Shown: positions 1 to 9,061 of the stretch, in pieces
How the letters are laid out: the number at the start of each line of letters is the position of its first letter
Position numbering within the stretch: the first letter of the stretch is position 1
Source of the DNA: Okeania sp.
GTDB lineage: Bacteria; Cyanobacteriota; Cyanobacteriia; Cyanobacteriales; Microcoleaceae
DNA length: 18,104 nt
Assembly: GCF_035285525.1 (NCBI RefSeq)
Contig: NZ_JAYKGW010000069.1
Span: 1-18,104 of the forward strand
Reading direction: 5' to 3'
Program-made: the position numbers and the translations under genes
The notes under the pieces: generated by a model
Told to the model about the DNA's origin: nothing
Database searches by the model: none
What the model saw: only the letters and a program-made list of their open reading frames with translations

Positions 1-45
1 TTTGTCTGGTCAAACTCAGTCAACTATAACTCAAAAATTTAATCA

Positions 46-2994
46 ATGATCAATAAAACATCTCCTGGTGCTAATAACTATGTACCAGAAAAACCATCTC
101 TAAAAATCGGATTACTTGCTCTGAAGCAAAAAAATTATTATCAGGCGATCGCTCACCTAAAAATAATTGCTGAACAAGAATCTCTCAAGGAAAAGTTAAG
201 AGCTAAAATAGGTTTAGTTATTGCTTATGAAAAAACTAAACAAGTAGATAATGCTATTTCTTTATGTCGTAATCTTACTAAAGTTTCTGATAGTAAGATT
301 CAAAGTTTTGCTGATCTTCATCTCAAAGAATTATTAAAGCAATATCCACCCCAAAATCTAACAAGATCAACAATTCCTACCCCTAAATCTCCAGAATTAT
401 CTCCCCAAAATCAACAACCTCTTGAAACAGAAATTATTCCTTTTCATCCTACTTCAGATAATTTGAAATCTGCTCAAAATCAGAATAAAATCTCTAAGCA
501 AAATATTGATTTATCTGTAGGAACTGGTTTTCATTCAATCTCAAAAAAATCAAATAATTTCCCAAAAAAATCTACCCCTAAATCTCCAGAATTATCTCCC
601 CAAAATCAACAACCTCTTGAAACAGAAATTATTCCTTTTCATCCTACTTCAGATAATTTGAAATCTGCTCAAAATCAGAATGAAATCTCTAAGCAAAATA
701 TTGATTTACCTGTAGAAACTGGTTTTCATTCAATCTCAAAAAAAACAAATGATTTGCCAGAAAATTATAGTCAAACTTCAGATTTTGTACAACATTCTCA
801 GTCAAATAAAAATCATATAGAGATAAATAAAAATCAATCTCCTGATTTATCAAAGATAGTTAATAAGTCAAATTTAAAAAAGACAAATAAATCCGATAAA
901 ATTTCCAAAAAAATTGCTTATAACTCACAAAAAAATGTTAGTCAAACTTCAGATTTTGTACAACATTCTCAGTCAAATAAAAATCATATAGAGATAAATA
1001 AAAATCAATCTCCTGATTTATCAAAGATAGTTAATAAATCCAATTCAGAAAGTACAGAAGAATTCCATAAAACATCAACAAACACTACTTCAAACCAAAC
1101 AGAAAATTCACCTAAATTGAAATGGCATCAAGCAGGAAGAGCCAAAGCAGGTCGTCGTCTTAAATCTCCTAATTTAACTCTTTTATGGATAGAACAAATA
1201 GTCGTAATTATTACTCTATTCTGGCTAAGTCTTACCATACTAAAATTTAGCTTAGATGCCACAAATGATTTTCTAGTTTGGCTGCCTTATTCTCAACCAA
1301 TTCAAATTTTTTATCGAGACCCAACTCGCAATTTTATAATTTTTCTAACAGTATTATTTATATTCTCTCCTTGGTTAATTGATGGATTATTAATACTTAC
1401 TTATAATCTCCAAACTCTACCAACAACAACTCTAATTAATTACAGTAAAGAAGCTAATAAACTACTCCGTAATTTCTGTAAAAAACAAAAGATAAAGAAA
1501 ATTACTTTGAAAGTTTTACCAATAGATGTTCCTATAGCATTTAGCTATGGATGTTTGCCTCGTTTTTTCCGAATAGTTGTTAGTCAAGGATTATTAGATA
1601 ATCTGGCAGAAGATGAAATTGCGACAATTTACGCTAGAGAAATTAGTCATGTTAAAATAGGAGATTTTCGGTTAATATCTCTAGCTAATTTAATGTTGCA
1701 AGTTCCCTACACTATTTATTGGCAATTAACTTTTTGGGCAGATTGGATATTAAATTATATCAATCATAAATTACCTGATTCTTCACCAAAAGTTATCAAA
1801 TCTTTTTTGCCTATTTTAGTATCTGGTTTCAGAATTTTAACTGCAATAATTTCGACTCTTAGTTATGGTTTATATTGGTTACTAAAATTTCCTATTTATT
1901 CATTATCTCGTCAGCGAATTTATTATAGCGATCGCCTAGCTTGTAACTTAACTTATAATCCTAATGGTCTGACACGCGCTCTTCTAAAAATTACAATTGG
2001 TATGGCTAATGATATAGAAAATCAAGGCAAAACTAGACATTTATTAGAGAGTTTTGAAATATTAATGCCAGTAGGAATAAACCAAGCTATTGCTACTGGT
2101 AGTCTTATTTTACATAGTGATTTTGAATCTATTTTTAACTGGGATATTATTAGCCCGTATCGTCGATGGTTAGAAATTAATAATACTCATCCTTTACTTG
2201 GTGATCGCTTAAAAAAATTAAGTCTATATGCTAATTTATGGAAACTAGAAACAGAATTAGATTTAGAAAATATAAATGCTGATGTAGCTGCAAAAAATAA
2301 ATTAATCAGTGTTACTGAAAACAAGAAAATTTCTATCTCAAAAAATATTTACTTGCCAAAACTTTTGCTTCAGGGAGCGCCATTTTTTGGTATTTTAATA
2401 GGTCTAGGTTTTGCTATTTGTTTATGGTTAATAGGTATATTTTCATCTGTTATTGGTCTTTGGCGTTTAGATTGGCTATTTGGAGATGTTTCCATTTTAG
2501 TTGGTTGTTTAACTATGGGTTTTAGTATTGGTATTTTGATGAGAATTAACCAATTTTTTCCCGATTTAAAGCTAACTAAAATATTGCAAAATTCTGACCT
2601 ATTAGAATTATTAACTAATCCAAACGCTTTGCCATTAGATAGTCAAATAATTCAATTAAAAGGTCAGCTTCTGGGAAAAAGTGGAATGAGTAATTGGTTG
2701 GGACAAGATTTGATTCTGCAAACAACAAAAGGTCTAATTAAGTTGCATTATTCTAATAGATTTGGTCCTATTGGTAACTTATGGCCGAAAATGAATCGTC
2801 CTAGCGATTTTGTTGGTAAGTCTGTAACTGTGACTGGTTGGTGGAGGCGAGGAGCTACTCCTTGGATAGATGTAAATACTATAAAAGCTGAAAATTGTCA
2901 ATCTATTAACAGCGACCATCCTCTTTGGTCAACAATTTTAGCTGTTTCTCTTGCTATATGGGGAGCTTATGTGGTAAGCACTGGCAAATTTTAA
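46..2994 (+). CDS. Large polytopic membrane protein: TPR-like N-terminus, ~350-aa low-complexity repeat region, M48 (HtpX/Ste24-like) peptidase-fold domain with a degenerate metal-binding motif, C-terminal TM helices and a soluble beta-rich segment
   Basis: 982-codon ORF starting at the first ATG after an in-frame TAA (40-42). Hydrophobic helices run from about aa 385 onward. M48-like blocks are PIAFSYG, DEIATIYAREISHV and SRQRIYYSDRLACNLTYNPNGLTRALLKI. Two HIP1 sites lie inside. No competing long ORF. Confidence 0.8.
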   Translation: MINKTSPGANNYVPEKPSLKIGLLALKQKNYYQAIAHLKIIAEQESLKEKLRAKIGLVIAYEKTKQVDNAISLCRNLTKVSDSKIQSFADLHLKELLKQYPPQNLTRSTIPTPKSPELSPQNQQPLETEIIPFHPTSDNLKSAQNQNKISKQNIDLSVGTGFHSISKKSNNFPKKSTPKSPELSPQNQQPLETEIIPFHPTSDNLKSAQNQNEISKQNIDLPVETGFHSISKKTNDLPENYSQTSDFVQHSQSNKNHIEINKNQSPDLSKIVNKSNLKKTNKSDKISKKIAYNSQKNVSQTSDFVQHSQSNKNHIEINKNQSPDLSKIVNKSNSESTEEFHKTSTNTTSNQTENSPKLKWHQAGRAKAGRRLKSPNLTLLWIEQIVVIITLFWLSLTILKFSLDATNDFLVWLPYSQPIQIFYRDPTRNFIIFLTVLFIFSPWLIDGLLILTYNLQTLPTTTLINYSKEANKLLRNFCKKQKIKKITLKVLPIDVPIAFSYGCLPRFFRIVVSQGLLDNLAEDEIATIYAREISHVKIGDFRLISLANLMLQVPYTIYWQLTFWADWILNYINHKLPDSSPKVIKSFLPILVSGFRILTAIISTLSYGLYWLLKFPIYSLSRQRIYYSDRLACNLTYNPNGLTRALLKITIGMANDIENQGKTRHLLESFEILMPVGINQAIATGSLILHSDFESIFNWDIISPYRRWLEINNTHPLLGDRLKKLSLYANLWKLETELDLENINADVAAKNKLISVTENKKISISKNIYLPKLLLQGAPFFGILIGLGFAICLWLIGIFSSVIGLWRLDWLFGDVSILVGCLTMGFSIGILMRINQFFPDLKLTKILQNSDLLELLTNPNALPLDSQIIQLKGQLLGKSGMSNWLGQDLILQTTKGLIKLHYSNRFGPIGNLWPKMNRPSDFVGKSVTVTGWWRRGATPWIDVNTIKAENCQSINSDHPLWSTILAVSLAIWGAYVVSTGKF
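378..767 (+). repeat. In-frame tandem duplication, 2 x 195 bp (65 aa unit TPKSPELSPQNQQPLETEIIPFHPTSDNLKSAQNQN.ISKQNIDL...GFHSISKK)
   Basis: The string tacccctaaatct starts at 378 and again at 573. Over the first ~165 bp the copies differ at only 3 positions. Confidence 0.95.
769..1044 (+). repeat. In-frame dispersed duplication: two 105-bp copies (769-873 and 940-1044) spaced 171 bp, encoding SQTSDFVQHSQSNKNHIEINKNQSPDLSKIVNKSN
   Basis: agtcaaacttcagattttgta starts at 769 and 940. The copies differ at 2 synonymous sites near the 3' end. Confidence 0.95.
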
Positions 2995-3004
2995 TTTCGG
3001 TTTT

Positions 3005-3128
3005 GTGGACTGTGGGAGGTGTGGGAAGTGTGGAAGGTGTCGAAGGTGTGGAAGGTGTGGAAGGTGTGGAAGGTGTGGAAGGTGTGGAAGGTGTGGGAAG
3101 TGTGGGAGGTATGGGAAGTGTGGAAAAA
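3005..3128 (+). repeat. Nonamer tandem array, ~13 units of GTGGAAGGT and variants (GTGGGAAGT, GTGGGAGGT, GTCGAAGGT), starting 10 nt after the stop codon of the 46-2994 gene
   Basis: Units were read in register from 3012 to 3128, including five consecutive perfect GTGGAAGGT (3048-3092). The array is stop-free in several frames, which explains the overlapping ORF-track calls. Confidence 0.95.
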
Positions 3129-3192
3129 AAATTCTGGTGGTGCTGCATTTTAGAGGTTGTGCATTGTCATATTCGTTAGAAAATATAGCAGT

Positions 3193-3209
3193 GGGAGCAT
3201 CTTGCTCCC
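3193..3209 (+). terminator. GC-rich hairpin GGGAGCA-TCT-TGCTCCC about 200 nt downstream of the upstream gene; possible terminator or 3' stabiliser (no U-run immediately after)
   Basis: Perfect 7-bp stem (3193-3199 / 3203-3209) with a 3-nt loop. A 15-bp direct repeat GTCCCAGATATTCCT x2 follows directly (3210-3224, 3227-3241). Confidence 0.3.
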
Positions 3210-3259
3210 GTCCCAGATATTCCTTCGTCCCAGATATTCCTTTTTCCTACATATTCATA

Positions 3260-3342
3260 ACTTACGCATAGACTCTACATATAGTGTTTAAAAACTATTG
3301 CACAATAGTTTTAGACTCTACATTTAGTAGCTCTGCGTAAGT
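3260..3342. repeat. Composite palindromic element: outer 9-bp inverted repeat, 12-bp direct repeat, central 10-bp perfect palindrome
   Basis: ACTTACGCA (3260-3268) pairs with TGCGTAAGT (3334-3342). TAGACTCTACAT occurs at 3269-3280 and 3312-3323. AAAACTATTG (3291-3300) pairs with CAATAGTTTT (3303-3312). Confidence 0.85.
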
Positions 3343-3668
3343 TCAGATATTAATTAATGGTATGAAGGACTACTAAATTTTTTATGTAAAGAAACGTTGC
3401 ATTCTTGAAGTAGTTATGTTAAATTTATTTACATAAGGTTGCTTAATCCAAGTAACTTGACAATTTTGCCTAGCTCAATAGTTTCGTCTGATGTGAAAAA
3501 TTTAGGTAACTATATTGCAGATGTTTGAAAATATGAACTGATATTTCCAATAAATAAGCATTAGCCTACTAAACATAGTTTGTTGATATATAGAAAACCT
3601 CTAATTAACTCATAGCAGATAAGACTTTGTGGGTAGGAAATCTCAAATCTCCCAACACAGCAAGTTTT

Positions 3669-3699
3669 ACCAGTTGGATATATCCGCTGGTTTTTTTTT
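3669..3699 (+). terminator. Rho-independent terminator with no annotated gene upstream (orphan); implies a small plus-strand transcript
   Basis: The hairpin CCAGTTGGA-TATA-TCCGCTGG (stem with one bulge, 3670-3690) is followed directly by a T9 run (3691-3699). The reverse complement has no U-tail, so the element is plus-strand specific. Confidence 0.6.
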
Positions 3700-3736
3700 A
3701 GCAACTCAGAAATTTGGTAATTTGAAAAGTAGCGAT

Positions 3737-3774
3737 TTAATAATTAATAATTAATAATTAATAATTAATAATTA
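3737..3774. repeat. Heptamer tandem repeat (TTAATAA) x5.4
   Basis: Read directly. It lies immediately upstream of MITE-like copy A. Confidence 0.9.
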
Positions 3775-3787
3775 CCTTTGGGGCTAA

Positions 3788-3993
3788 ATAGGGCTGGCTA
3801 ATTAAATCTCAAACCCTCTACAGATAAACTTTTTAGGATTTTTAGGTCGAAAAAAGTACAAGGAACTATTTTTTCAACTACTTCCTTTGTAACTTCCTGC
3901 TTCTCATTACTCTTAACTACTCCCTACTCCCTACTCCCTACTCCCTACCTCCATAAAAAGACTTTCCATAAGCAAAACCTAGTTAAATTTAAT
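3788..3993 (+). mobile_element. MITE-like repeat, copy A (~206 bp), with imperfect terminal inverted repeats and an internal heptamer tract (TACTCCC x4, 3918-3945)
   Basis: Collinear similarity to 13661-13877 and 5431-5697. Shared blocks: TAGGGCTGGCTAATTAAATCTCAAA, ATTTTTAGGTCGAAAAAAGTAC, a C-rich heptamer tract, AAAAAGACTTTCC. The right end CCTAGTTAAATTTAAT is roughly the reverse complement of the left end. No ORF. Confidence 0.7.
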
Positions 3994-4525
3994 AAAAATA
4001 GTAAATTCCCAATTACATCCCATTAACTCCCTGCTCCCTTTTCCCTATTCCCTCTCTCGACTAAAAAATTTTTTTCCCACAAATACTTAATAGATATTGA
4101 CTTAGGATTATGATAAGTTTATAGTAGTTAAGAAATAACTAGCATGTTAACAAAAGAAAGATAATCCATAAGCATTTCCGATTTGGTTGAAAAATAAGTC
4201 AAATATTTTGATTAAAGTTTTAGTTCTCACCCAACAGGGAGTATACTATAAATTATTAATATTGTATTAGCAATTGTGTGATTTGAATTAAGCAGGCTTT
4301 GAGGTTATATTTAAAAATTGCGACGATAACCGTTGAGCAAATCAATATTAAAAAGAAGTAATTAAGCAAAGCCTATAGTTTTGTTTCTTGAGTAATGAGC
4401 AAAAAGTTTAAACAACAATCTGACAAAATTAAATTATTTGCTAGAGTTGACCAAAATAAAAAATTGGAAATAATTTCATTTGGTAAATATAGGTATTTGT
4501 TAAAGTTCTTCACATTTCAAAGTCT

Positions 4526-4551
4526 AGAGCAGTTTTGTTGAATTCTGCTCT
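4526..4551 (+). promoter_or_regulatory. Terminator-like hairpin in the presumed 5' leader of the RRM gene (possible attenuator or cold-responsive leader structure)
   Basis: AGAGCAG (4526-4532) pairs with CTGCTCT (4545-4551) around a 12-nt loop, followed by TGTTTTCTGTT. It lies ~90 nt upstream of the ATG at 4640. Confidence 0.4.
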
Positions 4552-4639
4552 TGTTTTCTGTTAAATCAATTTCATTTGACCAAGTTTTCATTTGTTCTAA
4601 TTTCAACAATTAAAATTCAAAGTTTGGAGGAATTTTCTC

Positions 4640-5140
4640 ATGTCAATTCGTTTATATATTGGTAATTTACCTAAAGAGGTAATGGAACGTCAAGAACTAC
4701 AAGATGTTTTTAAAGAAGAAGGTGATAGTGTAACTACTAAATTAATCACAGATCGGAAAACTGGTAAATGTCGTGGTTTTGGTTTTGTGACAGTTAAAAA
4801 TGATGAACAAGCTGACCAAATTATTGAAAAGTATAATGGTTATCAGTTTAAAGAAACTCCTTTAAAGATTGAAAAAGCATTGCCTCGCACTAATAAGAAT
4901 AAGGGTGAGTCTGAGAATACTGAGAGTGAACCTAAAGATGAATCTAAAATTGAATCTAAACCAGTTACTAAAAGCAATTCTAACAAAGGTAAAAAGTCTC
5001 GTCGTGATAAGGATAAAGGAGGTTCTTCTAAAACTTCTAATAATAACTCTAGTAGTAATGAAGCAGTTCAACCAGACCCTCGTTGGGCGGATGCTTTGAC
5101 AAAGTTGAGGGAGCGTTTGGCAGCTACCAGTAATTCTTAA
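4640..5140 (+). CDS. RRM-type RNA-binding protein, class II (no Gly-rich tail; Lys/Ser/Asn-rich linker and conserved C-terminal PDPRWA motif)
   Basis: RNP2 LYIGNL and RNP1 CRGFGFVTV. The C-terminal PDPRWADALTKLRERL matches, from memory, the motif of Gly-less cyanobacterial Rbps such as Synechocystis Rbp3. GGAGG Shine-Dalgarno at 4626-4630. Confidence 0.9.
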   Translation: MSIRLYIGNLPKEVMERQELQDVFKEEGDSVTTKLITDRKTGKCRGFGFVTVKNDEQADQIIEKYNGYQFKETPLKIEKALPRTNKNKGESENTESEPKDESKIESKPVTKSNSNKGKKSRRDKDKGGSSKTSNNNSSSNEAVQPDPRWADALTKLRERLAATSNS

Positions 5141-5163
5141 GACTTTATTCAGTAAACTAAAAA

Positions 5164-5215
5164 AGTAGATATAGTATTATTATCATAATTCTAACTATAT
5201 CTACTGTATTGTTTC
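5164..5215 (+). terminator. Probable terminator of the RRM gene
   Basis: Perfect 12-bp stem AGTAGATATAGT (5164-5175) / ACTATATCTACT (5194-5205) with an 18-nt loop, followed by T-rich GTATTGTTTC. It starts 24 nt after the stop codon. Confidence 0.6.
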
Positions 5216-5430
5216 ACCTAAAAATGTGCATGATTATTTGTCATTGCGTTTTCGCCACTAGAGTCTAAATGAAAAGCTAAACGACATGAAAAGCGCAGCC
5301 TTGCGAAGCCCAAACGAACGATAGTGTTGGCGGAGCATGACCCCAGGAAAGCAATCTCAGGCCAACTCTCTATATGCAGTATTGAAAATGAAACCGTCCA
5401 CTACAAAGCTCATAACATATTTTGGATAAA

Positions 5431-5697
5431 TTAGGGTTTGCTGATTAAATCGAAAAGTATTCATATATCAATGTATTTGCCTTTTTGGGTAGTGAAAAAG
5501 TATCATATATTTGCCCCTTTTGGTTGAAAGAGTGAATAATTTGTAAAATATAGACACCTAAGTCAAGGGATGATTTTTCCGAGTAATTCTTTCTTACTCT
5601 TGACTTTGTAAAGACGCTCCCCATGCAACGTCCTTACTACTCCCTACTTCCTGCAAAGGGCAAAAAGACTTTCTATACAAAAAGCCAAATTTAGATA
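5431..5697 (+). mobile_element. MITE-like repeat, copy B (~267 bp, more diverged, with a degenerate heptamer tract)
   Basis: Left end TTAGGGTTTGCTGATTAAATC. Internal GTAAAGACGCTCCCCATGCAACGTCCTTAC palindrome-like block and TACTCCCTACTTCC tract. Right end CAAAAAGACTTTCTATACAAAAAGCCAAATTTAGATAT parallels copy A. Confidence 0.6.
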
Positions 5698-5803
5698 TAC
5701 ACTAAATGGTGAAGATGAAGATATTGTTGTAGTGCAGGCCGGAAATCCTCCGATGGGTTTACCTTATAGCAATGGGAAGTGACCGCTATATCTTTTAAAT
5801 TTA

Positions 5804-5906
5804 TTAGTTATGATTTGCTGATTAAATATCAAAGGTTGGGCTGGTAAAGGCTTTAACCTTTTTAACTTCTGATTTCTGGGAAACCATAAAAGTACCTATT
5901 TTTTGG
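5804..5906 (+). mobile_element. Partial (left-half) MITE-like copy D
   Basis: TTTGCTGATTAAAT (5814-5827) and AAAAGTACCTATTTTTTGG (about 5889-5906) match the left half of copies A, B and C. The heptamer tract and right end are absent. Confidence 0.45.
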
Positions 5907-6079
5907 CTGTTATCGTCTAAAAAATGGTAAAATTTTGGGTCTGATTATCAGGAAATTTGCCCTAGCAGATAGTCTAAAGGGAAAGTTTGAAAGGATATCG
6001 AAGAAAAAAGTATTTTGGTAAATATAAATATGAGATGCACCCTCTCAGTTGAATAAAAAAAAGAATAAACTGGTAAGAC

Positions 6080-8465
<2,386 letters not shown>

Positions 8466-9061
8466 TTAAAATTAAATTTACTTATTTTTTTATTATTACT
8501 TTACAAGTTGTTACAAAATTCAGCAACATCTAAATTAAGTTATTTCTGATTTTTCTGAACATACTTTCTTTTTTTTTCGTAAGCATTTTCTGGGTCGTGG
8601 TGCGCCAACAGCTATTAGCAATCAGCTCAAGGGAAAAATGAATGAAGCAGCACTGTTTTAACTTCTACTTTTCAACTATATATATTATCTGAAATTGTGA
8701 ACCAATATAGTTTACGGCCGGAAATTATAGATAGATGTCCCTCAGAAACTGTTAACGAAGTTCCTCCGTTAGGAGGCTAGCTGAATGCTGACTTTTTTTT
8801 CAGCCCATCTTTTTGACAAGAAAGAATAATTATGGTAATAGTACACCAAAATTAGCAATAAAGTTGTATTATTTTAATAAAGTATAAAAATACTAAGGTT
8901 AGCTGTTTAATATATAAAATATATAGATTAAGATTAGCAGACGAAGGTATTTTAAGAGCCAATAATAATATAGATTAGGCGGTGAGGCAATCCTCATAAA
9001 GACCAAAGAATTTGACACGATAAAATAATCAACAATAAGGACAGAACAAAAAAACTAAGGC

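Noticed and set aside
2925-3271. Three overlapping ORF-track calls (2925-3179 +, 3005-3271 +, 2954-3148 -) encoding VEGVEG..., CGRCGR... and PSTPST... repeats
   Set aside because: They exist only because the 9-bp tandem array is stop-free in several frames. They show no start context, mutually overlap on both strands, and lie directly after a real stop codon.
4395-4541. 48-codon Lys-rich ORF (MSKKFKQQSDKIKLF...) upstream of rbp
   Set aside because: It has no Shine-Dalgarno sequence, its composition reflects AT-rich DNA, and its stop lies in the loop of the leader hairpin. It is more likely non-coding leader.
4862-5099. ORFs 4862-5071 (-) and 4869-5099 (+), inside or antisense to the RRM gene
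   Set aside because: They are embedded in the Lys/Ser-rich low-complexity part of a well-supported CDS. Their hydrophobic or basic composition is typical of off-frame artefacts.
5612-5782. Protein-like reading frame ending ...LNGEDEDIVVVQAGNPPMGLPYSNGK*
   Set aside because: It has no start codon, and its 5' two-thirds run through MITE-like copy B. At best it is a tiny 3' remnant of a disrupted gene, which cannot be supported without a database hit.
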